From: Camelus ferus
Taxonomy: Eukaryota
Assembly (NCBI RefSeq): GCF_009834535.1
Contig: NC_045705.1
Coordinates: 30,258,001-30,322,000 of the forward strand
Direction of reading: 5' to 3'
Length of the DNA: 64,000 bases
Shown here in pieces: positions 27,690 through 41,011 of this stretch; position 1 is the stretch's first letter; every line of letters begins with the position of its first letter. The notes under the pieces were generated by a model that was not told where the DNA came from, did not search any database, and saw only the letters and a program-made list of their open reading frames with translations. The position numbers were made by a program, and so were the translations under genes.

Positions 27690-28917
27690 TAAGAGGTAGA
27701 AAATTTAGGCATACTGGTCTTTGCCTAGCCAGCACATTTGACTTGAGCTAATGCAGTGGTAACCAACACAAAATTGGAATTAAGAAGAAACAAATGGATG
27801 AAGTCAGCCCAGTGTAGATAGACTAAGACACAGAGAAAGGCCATGCCCTGACTAAAAGGGCAACAACAACTCGACTCCTGCTGATTGTTATTTTGTGGGA
27901 ATGTAAGCCAGATCTAATTTTTTTCAACAGAATCCAGAAATCTGGATTTATGTAGAAAAGCCTGAAATATTTAGTAACATCGTGAAGGCCAAATATACCT
28001 GAAGGTTATTTTGCAATATCTGGGCCAATGTAACAGACCTACCCACTAAAGCCAAATTTGCTTATGTGAACACATTGTCAGGAGTGCTCCCAAGAAGCAA
28101 AAGTAAAATGTCCAACATCCTCCCCCTTCCCATAAATATACAAGAAATCCAGGAGGAGGAGGAGAAGCTACCTGCACAGCTCTAACTGGCTGGGACTGAT
28201 TACAATAAGCAAAATACATTGTGCAAACAGAACCCCATACACCTGGTGTTATTGTCTTGGCAAAACCTCCAACGCATCCTTTAGAGCACTACTCTGAACA
28301 AATACAGCAGAGAAGGGGATCTGAAGGGGAGAAAAATGAGTACACAAGAAATTGCTCCAAATGTATTTGCAGTATACACAGATCCCACTGTAGTCCCTGT
28401 AGCACTCCAACACTCTGAGCTGACAGAAGTGATTACATCTTTTCAAGTTCTCAATGTGTATACAAAGCACACAGCCTGCTCTACACCATTCAGCAACAGA
28501 GAGAGGGATGATGGGGGATAATTTAGATCAGTCTAACAGGTGCTAATTTGACCTACAGTGGGAGAAGGGCTCATTGTCAAGCATACTGCCTGGAGGACCT
28601 AGAGGCTCACACAGTCCCCAACACCAGGACAAGCCTCCTCACTTGCAAATGATTCCCAAGACAGATATATAGCAAGGTTAGACAACCTTGCTTCAGGGCA
28701 GAAAGCAGAGGAAACAAGAAACTCTTCATGCACTTATGCCTGCTCTTAACCATCAAAGAATCTTATAAGAGCCAATACTTAGGACATCGTAATCCAAAGT
28801 ACAGGAGAGAGAACAAGTGCAGTGGTCCCCACATACCTCTTTGGGCCCTCATTATCACACCACCTTCTATTACTATAGCACCTGACACTCTTCGATTCCA
28901 AATTATGTTCACATAAA

Positions 28918-29245
28918 GCAGGGACTGGCAAACCATGGCCTGTCGGCCAAATCTAGCCTGCTGCCTATTTTTGTACAGCCCATGTGCTAAGAATGGTTTT
29001 TATATTTTTGAATGCTGAAAAACATCAAAAGAAGACTATCTCATGACACATGAAAATTACATGAAAATCGCATTTGTGTCCATAAAAAAAAGTTCACTGG
29101 CACATTCATTCACTTGCATATTGTCTACGGCTGCTTTCATGCTACAATGGCAAAGTTCAGTATCTGCAACAGAGACCATATGGCCTACACAAAGCCTAAG
29201 ATATTTACAAGCTTGCCCTTCACAGAAAAAGTCCCAATTCCTGAT
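28918..29245. mobile_element. MER58B-like hAT-Charlie MITE
   Basis: ggcaaaccatggcctgtcggccaaatctagcctgctgcctatttttgtacagccc...ctaagaatggtttt...gcccttcacagaaaaagt. Confidence 0.75.
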
Positions 29246-30669
29246 ATAGCCAATACAACCAGGGATCACACTTCGAATTCAGAGAGGCTCAAATACTGAG
29301 TGACCTAGCTGGGCTGATGAGCAGAGAAGGTGAAAGGTTAACAGCAATGGTCCCCTCTCTTCCACCTTACCCTCACTCTCATATCACTGAAAAGGGAAGT
29401 GGGTTTTCTAACTACCCCTGAAAACAAATAACTCAAATATCTAAATGTTACTGCCTTTTATGATGGCGCAAGAAATACATGGATTCTCTCAAACATTTAA
29501 AAGACCCGGAAGACTAGGTGGCCCAAAGCCAATAAGTGAATGTCAAAGATGGAACCAAGGTTATGTCTCCCTCCCACAAGGCTGCTGGAGGAGAAAAGTA
29601 CATGAACACCTCCAGGTGGCAGATGTTCAGAATTAATAAAACAGAAGTCCTGCTCAACTTTGAGGAGCAGATTCCTGAAAAACCCATGGGTAGAATTTAC
29701 TCCTGAGAAACTTAAGACCTTATGGGAGAGGGGGAAAAACACAGGATTAAGGAGTTCCAATCTATGAAATTATGAATATCTATTAAATTATGTTCACTGA
29801 AGTAAAATAGGAAATATCATTTTATACATCTTAAATTAATACTAATGCAATTAATTTTCAATTACCATTAACAATGTTCATACTCTTTGGCCCTAGCCAT
29901 CGTAGTTCGGAAAATTCACCCTCCTCTAGAAACACCTGCACAAGTACACAAAGATGCTGCAGCATTGTCTGTGCATGCAAAAAACAGAAACACTCCAGAT
30001 TATATCAACAGAGGACTTGTTTAACCATGGTGCATCCAATTGTTGGAACACCATACCATTGTTAAAAAGAATGCAGCGGATCTATATACATCAACATGGG
30101 AAAATATCCATGATATATTAACTGAACTATAAATGGTGGAACAGTAGATTTAACATGATATTTTTACAAATAAATAAAAAATGTGCTTTCATTGCATAGA
30201 AAAAAATTCTGAACTTACACACAAATTGTTAACAGTGGTTAGCACTGCAGAGGACATTCACTAGAGAGAGATATATACCACACATTTCTGTATTTGAATT
30301 TTTACAGATGAATTGGTATCAGTTTTGTGAGCAGAAAAAAAACAGGCATCTCAAATTTCCACTTATGATCCCCTGTTCGCTATAAATTTTTCAGGCTCTC
30401 CCTTCCTCACAGTTTCAATAACGTGCTGTCATGATTGGGGGATGGAGGGGTGGCTTTTCTGCAGATAATATGCCTGCCAAGAGGCTTTATTTCTTTATTT
30501 ATTTGGCAACTCTTCATCCAAACATTTAAGGCCCTTCTAATTCTGACACAATCATTGACTCCCACCTTCTGGTTTCCACCAGTTTCAAGATACAAATTAA
30601 TCTAAAAGCGTGTGATGTTGGCCTGACTTTAATTTACCCTATTTAGCAGAGACTCTTCAGGCCATTGTC

Positions 30670-31212
30670 AATCAGCAGCCACAGTGATCCTTTTAAAATA
30701 CAAGATTTTGCTACTCCACTTCCGATGGCTTCCCAAATCACTCCGAGTAAGACGTAAAATCCCTTAAATGGCTTAGAAGGCCCTGCATAATCTGGTCCCC
30801 ATTACCTCGCTAACTTCATCTTCTATCACTCCATCCTTTGCTGTGCTCCAGCCAAGCGTCTCAGGGATTTTGCATTTGCCCTTCTCTGTCTAGAATGCTC
30901 TTGCCCCCACTGTCTACAGAGTTTACCCTCTTACTTCCTTGAAGGAAGGAAGAGGCCGTCTGCTCCGATGTCACCTTATCAGACTTTCCTCTGGTGACCC
31001 TATTTAACACTACAAACTTCCACCCAGAACCCCTTACATTTTAAATTATTTTTCTCCACAGAATTCACCAGTTCCTAGCATATTAGATATTTTATTTATG
31101 TGTCTACTTTCTTTCTCCCATTAGAATGAGACTTACTGCTGGTGCTTAAATAGTATCTGGTACACAGTAGGTACTTAGTAAATATTTGTTAACCTTAGGA
31201 ATGAATGAATCA
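30670..31212 (+). mobile_element. LINE-2 3' fragment
   Basis: cagcagccacagtgatccttttaaaa...acacagtaggtacttagtaaatatttgtt...gaatgaatgaat. Confidence 0.7.
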
Positions 31213-34200
31213 ACCAATCACAGTGATTGTTTCACCAGCTAATTTCCAGGGTTATAACAAGAGCCATGCTCTCTCATAGGAGCTTCCTCCTGTAAGGCCT
31301 GGGTGTATCCCATCCCTGACTTCCCTGACTCCCTTAAAACTAGCCGCTTAATTCCATCATCAACCTTCTCTCCTTTTTGATTTCTCAATACCTGGTTCTC
31401 TCTTCCCAGAAGGAATGCGTCAAGCTTTGCCCATCCACAAATTAAATTCGCTTGGTTAAGGATACTTCCCTATTCTTTGTCCTCAAATCCCAAACTTCTA
31501 AGAACTCAAAAGTTAGGAAGGGCTTATTGTAATCTGAACACCAAAGACAACAATTCCAGCAATTTTTAGAGACATCAGAAGTAAAGCAAAACTCTTTCTT
31601 AATATAAAGATTCTGCCCCAGAAAATGAGAACCTAAAATCATCTCAAAACTAAAAAAGATTCATTCTAATAATGCTCAGAACCCAAACCAAAAACAAACA
31701 AAAAGAGAGCACCCATTTTCTCAATCCCAAACATCCTACTTCTAGGCAAATTCAGTGAAAGCTTTCTACAGAAACTAAAACAAACATAAAGCACCAGTGG
31801 GAAACAGAACTTTCACATCTAATTTGGCTTATTCACATCTAATTTGAACTTTATCAAGACCGAGTAGTCCATCACTGAGACTACAGAGAGTGTTTAATGA
31901 GAGAAAAATAACAAATGCACTGACTGGCAGAAATACTAATATCACCACGATGCCAAGCCAAAGACCAACAAAATGGTCTCAAGAGGAACCTGTACATGAT
32001 GCCAAGGAGTGTGCAGGACCTGAGTCAACAGTGGGAGCCAATATGAAGAACAGCTGACCAGGTGTGTGAGACTTATTACAGGCTTCAGCACAGCCAATAC
32101 ACAAGTCAGAAACATGGCACAATGGTGAAACATCAGAGGAACAAATTCTAGGTCACCTGAGCTCAAGTTATAGAAGGTGCCTACCATGTACAACTCTAGT
32201 TATGCCACTTCATTTATTCAACAAGTACTTATTGAGCCAATGACTCTCTAGAAGACTAAGGATGTGATAAAATAATTTTTTTTTTTACTAAGAAAGCCAA
32301 AAAGGATATACACTGCATACTGAATCGTAGGGGATATAATTTCAATTCCATTTGTTCAATTCGACTAACATTTACTGAGCACTACTATGTGCCAGGTAGC
32401 ACTCTAGGTACAGCAGGGATATAGACACAATCTGCCTTCAGGGAGCTCACTGACAGAAAGGGAAACAAATACTTCTCTGTCGTGGGTGCGATGCTACAAG
32501 GAAGTATCTACATGCAGTACAGTATATAAGCAGCCAAGAAGAGAAAGTTATTCAGGGCAGTCAGAGAAGATTTCCCAAAGGAAAAAGTGACAGCTGTATT
32601 GGATTTTGAATAATAAATTCAGTACACTCCCTATCCAAAGAAACTGAGAGCAGTCTTGGATGTAGAAACCCTTTAGACTCAGGTCAGTGGCACAGAAGAA
32701 CTACTTCAGCTGGACTCCAGTCTATATTACAACCATGCTGAGAATACTGGTACATTCCTAATTTCTAGTTTGCCTTCTCCCTCCTGTGGACCCGTGACTA
32801 GCCCTATGGACATATCCATTCATGTATTTCCCTCCATCAATGATGCTCTGCTGCAGCTCCCTGGAGAATCCCCATGTGACTAGAGCTGAGGGATTGAGGG
32901 ATCAAGCAAGTTAGTCCGCCCATAAAGCCTCAAGAGGCTTCAGGCTGCTCCAACAAAGCAATCCCCTCACAAACAGACGTAAAAAGATGTAGAAATCTAA
33001 TGAGGACTTTCAATTATAACCTTTGAGGTTCTGGACCAAATTTTAGGCTTATAACCATGAATGTTTTCCCCAGTCTTCATCTACTATAAGGGAAAAGTAC
33101 AGATCAAAAGACATCTGTTCTCAGAACACACTCAATCTTAGTAAAGACTTCAGAACCAATGCCTTGTCACCTATCTGAAGAAGGAATTGCAGAAACTATT
33201 TAGTTAGGGAAGATTTAGCCCAAATTTGATCCCCTACTAGTTGAGATTTTAACAGTGAATTTCCCTAACTGGGATCACTTTAAAAGGACTAATCAATGCA
33301 GTTCTATGGGCAAATAACTAAAACAGTGTTTCTCCTGTATCCCTAGAAACATCACATTGATTACATTTACCCAGAGACAATAATTACAAATGGTCTATTG
33401 GAGCTCCAATTTCTTACAAAGAAAGTTGACTGAAGAGCCCCCTCAGGCAATGATCTGCAGGAGCAATAGAGATTTTGACAGAGAAAATTGATGTATGCAA
33501 GCACTAATTTTAAATGAAGAGGAGGGAAGAGTGCCCTCTTTAGGACCCAAGGGTTTGAATCCCACCTTTACTATAAGCATCCTCTGAAAAGTCACTCCCC
33601 CTCTCTGCATCTAAGTTTTCTCATCAATTAAAAAAAAAAGACACTGGACTAAATAAACTATAGGATTTCTCCAGTTTTAAGATACCATTTAAATAATTTT
33701 CTTTTTCCTAGTACCAGCCTTTCAAGGCCACAGGGACTTTTGCCACAAGGAGCCACAAATTTAGCCCTGCTAAATCCTGGGCTATCAGACCCCAAAAGAA
33801 GTTTCTCACAGTGAAGCAAAGGGCCTGCTATCCAAGTTATAAATTGTAATCTGGAGTCACACTACGCAGACAGCTCACTCTCCATCGCCCAAAGGCTAAA
33901 GGAGATAAGTCATGAACTGGTTATCACTGCTCAGTAACACAGAGCTATACTGAAATACATACTTTTGCTTAATATTCTCACTATTTGCAAATACTACTGA
34001 TTATATCTGCAGCACCAAGGATCAAAACATGCTTCCTTAGTCTATCTCCTACCACAATGCCAAAGAATAAAACCCCCTCCCTTCAAGTAGATGCATGCGC
34101 CCCCACACAGCCAGTAAGACACCTCTTCCCTGCCAGCCTAGCCCAGCAGCAGTAACAGCCCAACAGTGACACCTGCTGGGGAAATCCAAGCAAGGGCCAT

Positions 34201-34641
34201 TCATCAGCTAGAGATCAGACCTTCTGGAGCCAGCAGCAGATGCTGATTAACACATGTACATATTAGTGACATATCAGAACGCAGCCACTCAGTTTATGAG
34301 AAAGTGGTGGCCCTTCTTTAATGGGTGTGCACATAGAATATTTTATAATATACCTCATTTTTGAGTAGTCAACCCTTATGGTATACCTCATTTAAGCTTA
34401 CCTGAAAAGCAACTCCATAAAGAATGTAACCACTGCATGAATACACTATTTTATAGTAAGAATAGTGTATTTGTATATTTGAAAATAAGAAAGCATATAT
34501 ATAAAATTGTTTACAGCAAGATGACAAGGGACTTCATTTTCTACAGCATTCATTTCTAAATGCTTGAACTTTTTAATTTAAACCACAAACACATACTACT
34601 TTTTGTCTACAAAATTTTCTGATAGATCCTTAATAGTTTCT

Positions 34642-34737
34642 GTTTTGTTTTTTTTTTTAATGAAGGTACTGGGGATTGCATCCAGGATCTCATGCATGCT
34701 AAGCATGTTCTCTACCACTGAGCTATATTCACTCCCC
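34642..34737 (-). mobile_element. Vic-1-type tRNA-derived SINE
   Basis: Poly-T followed by ggtactggggattg...gcatgctaagcatgttctctaccactgagctata; flanking direct repeat agtttctg. Confidence 0.88.
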
Positions 34738-34787
34738 AGTTTCTGGGTTTTAAATGGCCTACTTTATTAAGAAGTGATTAGTCATAT

Positions 34788-34950
34788 CTTAGTCACAGGT
34801 GGCTGTCCACATTTAAATTAATGAAAATTTAAATGTTCTTCCTCAGATCACACTAGCCACATTTCAAATGTTTAAGAGCCACATGTGGCTGGTAGCTACT
34901 ACACTGGACAGCACAGATATAGAACATTTAATTAGACAGCACTGCTCTAG
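34788..34950. mobile_element. MER3-like hAT-Charlie MITE fragment
   Basis: cacactagccacatttcaaatg...gccacatgtggctggtagctactacactggacagcacagatatagaacatt. Confidence 0.75.
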
Positions 34951-37215
34951 AGAAACATATTGAAGTATTTCCAGACAAAATTATATGATGTTTGGGTTGG
35001 GGGGGAATGGGTAGCAGATATAGACAAGTGTTGATAATTTTTGAAGTCAGGTGATAGATATATGGGAGTTCATTTATACTACTTTTCTCTTCATTTTATA
35101 TATTTGAAGATCTCTATTAAAATAAAAGTTAAAAGAAAAGGAAAACATAAATATGGTTCACCTAAAAATGAGATTATCACTTTAAGAAATATACGATGGA
35201 GGGCAGCTTGGAAAAATCTTTAGTTACGCACACCAGGGTTCAAATTCCCACTCACAGACCTACTGCCCATGACCTTTAACAAGAAACTTGACTTCTCTGA
35301 GCCACACTTTCCTCAACTGTAAGATAAGAAATTTAATACCTGCCTTGCACAGAGTTACTGTGGAAATTAGAAATAATTAATGCAAAGCTAGAACACACTC
35401 AGGCCCTCAGTAATTGGTATCTCTAATTATTACCAGAGTTTATTTTAAATGACTCAGGTATTTCTCAGAACAGCAATACATGAAGAAGTACTGCTAGAAC
35501 AGAATGGACAAAGGCTGACCACAAGCCCACTGATGCTAGTGAAACAGACACTAGTAGGCTTTTAGAGCAATAATTGAAGATAGTCCTTTTATGGCTACCT
35601 TTAATAAACTTCCTGAATGCCTACTATGTGTCAGGCACTATGCTTGTTACCTTCTCACCTCTCTTGACAAGAAGGAAGAACAGAGTCCCAGGCTTCTAAT
35701 ATGGACCATCAGAGTAAAGCAAAATATTCCAAACATGGGAATTCATTTGTTAATCCAGAACTGATCCGGTATAGTAACAACCTCAATTACTTTGTCTATC
35801 TTTCTTTATCTATCTATATCTGACCAAGTCTCCCTGTGTTCTTGTTAGTCACTGCCCTTGAATTCACCACGCCCTTTCCTATCCTAAGCATATGTTATTC
35901 CCCTAAAATAAAGAGGTCTTTCCCTTTCCAAACCTACCCATCTTTCAAGATTTGATTTTGTAAAGCCTTCTTTGATGATACTTCCCTTTCTCTGAAATTA
36001 GACTACGTTTAACCTCAGAACCATACAATGAAGCATTTGGCTCATCTACATTTTTTATATAATTACTTGTAAATAAGTCTTGCCTCTACAATACTGTATA
36101 CTGCCAGTGGGCTAAGACTAGGTATTAGATTTCTTTTGTATTCCTGATAGTGCCTAGTACAGTGCTGGAAAAAAATGTAATTCAACAAATACTTCTTAGC
36201 TGTATAACTCTCTAAAGCATTCTCCCAAAATAACAAGTACATTATGTGCACAATCCATATTCCCACCCTTGTGAGAAGCTTATGTCAGAGAAATTTCAGT
36301 TGCTTCAACAGAGGATGTAATGCAGAGCAATATGCTGTTTGGATCCAACAGGCATATTCTGGGAGTTGGTGATTACGCTAGATTTGACCTTTACAGAATT
36401 ACAGAAAGAAGTCCCTAATAAATTGAGATAGCTGTGCTCACAGCCATACATGGAGTATATGGTGGGCGATTAGCTACGCCCACTTTCTTTCTTCCATGAA
36501 AGAGTTGTCTGGGAAGCAGATCCAAGTGTGGAGAGGCCTTCCTTCTATGAATTCTTTTCTTCTCTGCCCCGAGGTGAATGTCAATGTCCATCTGGAAGAT
36601 CTACTCAAAGAATCTTAACTAAGCAACTAACTTGCTGTCCAAAAAATATGTATCTCCAAAAAAAAAAAAGCACTTTCCTTGACATGTATACATATTATTT
36701 TCTTTTCCTTTGTCAAGCTGCAGTGTTTCAAAAGATAAGGTTTAAGAGATGAACAAAGTTGTCCAAAGCAACACAATCAAAGACCCAATACACTAATCTG
36801 TCCCAAGCAGGGTTCCCTTTTTCCTAGGCCCTCTGGGACATTTCTGTTATCTCACAATAACTAGTCCTGAACATACAATCCTTCAAAAGAGTCAAAAAGC
36901 AGGGCAGTGGAAGTCAATAGTTTTACCTCCTCATGCCTCTCTAACCCCATCTACAATTTTCCTTTAAAGCTAAAGGTCACGTGAGCTTAGCCAGAAAAGG
37001 AGCTAGCAGAGTCACCTGACTCATACTGCCAGGCCTCCGCTTTCTGCCACCAGAGCAAGATTTTCCAAGAAGATGCAATGAAAGCTAGGGAGATCAGAAC
37101 CATATGCACAGATCCCAGACACTCCAGATCAAACCACAACAGCTACAGGACTGAAGGAAAAGATGTCAGGAGAAGAGTAAGGGATGCAGGAGAAGACAGG
37201 AAAGCATCTGCTCAC

Positions 37216-38669
37216 CTCCTGAGTGAATCTTCCTCAGAGCTTTCCTCAGGCATATCCTGATGTAAGGCCTCCTGTGACACAGTTCCAGATCTGCTGGACT
37301 GGGTGTAAATTCGTTCCCAGTGGCCTGTCTCCTGGTTGAAGGCCACCCCCACAGTCCTCTCCTCCTGCGGACTAGCAGAGCTGCTCAACTCCAGCCTGCT
37401 GGAGCTGGGCGTTTGGCCTTCAGTCCGCTCAAGAGGTGGCAACTGGCTGCCACTCGAGGGCATGCCCTCAAAGGTACTGGGGACCTGCCAGGAGGAGCTG
37501 GCCTCGCCAGAGGAGTAGTTAGGTGTGCTTCTTTCCCAGCGCAGGGTATCGTTGTTGAAGGTCAGGAGATTGTGGCAAGCCCGGCAGCGGTTCAGGTGGC
37601 CACGGGACAGGTTGGAGTTGTTCTCACTGCTGTGCGGGGTGGGCTGGTGGGAGGGGCCTGGCCTCTCAGATTCAATGTTATTGTTGAGCATTTCCTGGGC
37701 CTGTTGTGCCTGGGGGGCTTCCCCACTCAGGCTCTGGTCCAGCTCCTGAAGCCGGTCATACTCCAAAAAGAAGCGTCTCAGGTCACACTGAAGCTCATGG
37801 CGAATGCTGCCCGTGTTGTTCTGGCTGGAGCCGTTCCCTCCATCTGACTCAGCTGCCAACCCCGAAGCTGGAAAACCCCTCCCTTCTGTGGCTGAAGTGT
37901 ACACAGATGCTTGAGAGCCACCTTCTTGCTGTCTCAGCACAGACAGCAAACTCACTGAAGAGGCACTGGTCCTGGGCGGGGGCATGGATTCCGCCTCAGA
38001 GCGGGAGTTCAGACTGAGCACTGTCCTGGTCCACTCAGATCCGGTCAGCCCGGGAGCTAGTTCTCGGTGATACCTAGAAGGGTGGCTAGACAGAGGGCCA
38101 CCCAAAGAGCGACGAGTGGGACCCAGACTGAGGTTGCGGAGCGTGTTACCGGCAGTGCTGCTCTGGACTGTACTGAAGGCAGAAGGCCGGTTCAGGAGGC
38201 CCTGGTCCTGCTGCGTTGACGAAGCCTGCTCCGGGGGATGGAAGGGCTCGGTCTGTACAAAAGAAAAGGAAGGGGTAGTAGCCCTGGCAGAAGCAGGGGG
38301 GACACTGTCCTGGTGTGGCAAGAGGGAAGGAACTCGAGTGCCAGAGCAGCGGCTGCAAAGGCACAGGATCCCAAGGTGCTGGCAGCACTCGGCTGTGGGG
38401 TAACTGACCCGCTGTCGGAGCCTGATGTAAGCGGAAGTCCTGGGGCGCTCCGTGGAGGGCTGAGGGGGAGGCGGTGGGGGTGAGGGGGTAGCAGAATCTT
38501 GCACTGTGCTTTGCTCTCCCACCTGGATGCCAGAGGAGCGGGAGGACAGCATGTGCAGGAAATTGTGGAGGAGAGGCGTCCGGCGCACTGGCTGTGATTG
38601 CAGGAGGGCACGCTGACGGTAGTGGGATAATTCTGTTCCATCTATGGGGATCTCTGGTTCGTCATCACC
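37216..38669 (-). CDS. AMBRA1: AMBRA1 exon 7 (large exon encoding the disordered insertion, aa 207-691)
   Basis: Matches ORF track 37212..38675, GDDEPEIP...EEDSLR; ttgcag| acceptor and AG|gtgagc donor; 1454 nt. Confidence 0.98.
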
Positions 38670-39216
38670 CTGCAACGTGGACCAAGGTGGGGCGAGGGTA
38701 GAGCCAGGCAGTTAGCTAGAACTTCCAGGTAAATCAAGAAAAATTAACTACTGGTAATCATCCAAGGAAAACAAACTTCACAGACAGGTAACAACTCCAC
38801 CCCTGAAGGACTAACTGGTTCCAGATTCAGAATCATCATATAGTATTAAATTATTCACCTCCAATTAGCAACATTTCTGAACGAATATACCTGGCAAACC
38901 AATTCTCTTATAAAAGGCATCTCCATTATACGGAGGCAGCAAGGGGAAGCAAAATGTCAACCAGCCAGAGGCACATAAATGACGCGCTATCCAACACTGG
39001 CTGGTTACTTCTAATGAGACGATCACCCAGGGGTTTCAGAATAGACTCCTCTGTCAAGATTATGGCTGTAACTCTGAATACACAGTCTGAAGCTAGTTCT
39101 GAACCTTGACTGGAAAGACACATTGAAAATTAAAGTCCAGTATAATTTGAATTAGAGCACTAGTTGAGAAAGTAACTCCACAGTTTAGATGGAGTTAGAA
39201 CTGCTGACTAACTTAC

Positions 39217-39283
39217 CTGTTGATTAGAAGGGTTAACAATTGCTGTGAGTAAGTAGTGTCCAAGAGGATCAAATCTCACCAGA
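39217..39283 (-). CDS. AMBRA1: AMBRA1 exon 6
   Basis: ttttcag|[22 protein letters not shown]|gtaagt; 67 nt. Confidence 0.97.
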
Positions 39284-40227
39284 CTGAAAACAGAAGAAAG
39301 GCACAGAGACATGGACAGAGAAATAGTGTTAACCAAGAAGAGGAAACCTGTGTGAAAGTTTCTAGCAATCATTACTTATAATTATGGGATTACCCAGGTA
39401 TCAACTTCATGCTAGAGACTTTCAAAACTTTCAAACAGATTAAAAAAAATAAGGCTTGGCACTTCTTGTTACATCCTCACACTTGCAAAAATAATTTCAA
39501 AAACCATTAGGCTTCCACCTCAGGAAGCAGCTACATTAAACACATAGCTGCTCATGTCTAAGAGCCCATCAGAACAGTAAAGTAGAGAATGCTCCCATGC
39601 TCTGCCACAGACTCAGGACTTCCCTCACACAGCAGCTACATTTGCAAGAAGCCTGAGTGCTGGTGACAAGAAACAGTCTCAGCATCAAGGTGCATAGCTA
39701 AGACCAGAAAGTCAGCTAATATTCAACTTCAATACCAAAAGGACCCAAGGAAAACAATGCACCAACTTTAATTCAGGCAACACGTGCACTGATTTCCAGG
39801 GCTAAATATGTAAATATCAATTAGCAGATTCGAGACATATCTACATCTCCATCTTCCAATTTGATACAGACAACCAAGGATGAGCAATTTACCCACCAAT
39901 CTATCTACCACCTGAACACCTTTCAGGTTTCTGAAAATAAAGGCTTTATCCCAAACCCAGACAGTTTTGAATCTGAAAAAGATTCTAACAACCCTGGTCT
40001 ACAGAGACCAGAAGATGAGGCCAAGGAACAGCTAAAATGAACAAAATAAACAGCTCCCCAGCTGGTTGGCCAGCTGCTTAAAAAGTAGGAGGAGCCAAAG
40101 GGATTATACCCCACCCAAGCAGGGATAATACAAAGATAATAATCTGTCTCCTGAGGTGAAAGCGTGTGTAAATGTTCTCTACTATGTTACTCCTACACCA
40201 GACATCACTGGTGGGCAGAGTACTCAC

Positions 40228-40400
40228 CGGACCCGTTCCATCTCACTAGCTGTCTTCACCACTGCAAAGGGCTCCCGTCGACTCCAATCCCAGAAGTGGA
40301 TCTCGTTGGCAGTGGCAATCAGCAGGAGCTGAGCCGTTGGGTGGAAAGCCAGAGAGGCAATGGCATTGTTGCTATCTGTGAACCAGCTTTCACTGCCACC
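40228..40400 (-). CDS. AMBRA1: AMBRA1 exon 5 (WD40 repeat)
   Basis: ttcatag|[57 protein letters not shown](R)|gtgagt; 173 nt. Confidence 0.97.
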
Positions 40401-41011
40401 CTATGAACAAACAAATCCCAAACATTCTCAGCTTACAAGCTGTGAGTGGACTGAGATGTCAAAAAAAAAAGGCCCATATAAGGTAAAATGACTACTTTTA
40501 GGGCCTACTTTAAATGTGCCCTCTGAAAACCATGTAGAATACCAATAATCTGGCAACATCACCAATTTATTAGAAAAATATTACTGTCAGCTCAGTTCTG
40601 TCACCTACAATCCATAAGCAATGAGCACCCGCACAGCTGCTGTTTTTGTAGCCTGTGAAAACCAAAGCTTGATGCACGACATGGTGCACAGCAACCCATC
40701 AGCCAGTCACCAGGACAAGGAGTATACTGCTTTGATGATCACCATCAGAGTACTACAATCCTTAATCTAAGACAAGAGAAGTCCATCCTGAAGACATCTT
40801 AGAGTGTCCTATACTACGTCCCAATGGGCTGACGGAAGAATAGTTAAATAGGGTGTTCATTCTAGAATGGAGGACTATGAACTAGACCTCCTGTCAATTA
40901 ACTGGGCAATAACTACCACTTACTCACATATAGTCCTAAAAATCTGGCTAATCTCTCCTTCAGAGTTAAGAACCCAATGGTAAACAAGTCTCTGCATTTA
41001 GAACACCAAAG

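Noticed and set aside
1892..36358. Short palindromes (1892-1910 tctagact/agtctaga, 6741-6760 cttgttcc/ggaacaag, quasi-palindrome 36329-36358)
   Set aside because: Stems of about 8 bp are expected by chance in 64 kb; too short for pre-miRNAs
37212..37215. In-frame stop immediately after the donors of exons 7, 8 and 9
   Set aside because: An automatic consequence of phase-2 introns starting GTRA; not evidence of regulated truncation
37320..38641. Several overlapping or antisense ORFs over exon 7
   Set aside because: Expected shadow frames of a GC-rich coding exon
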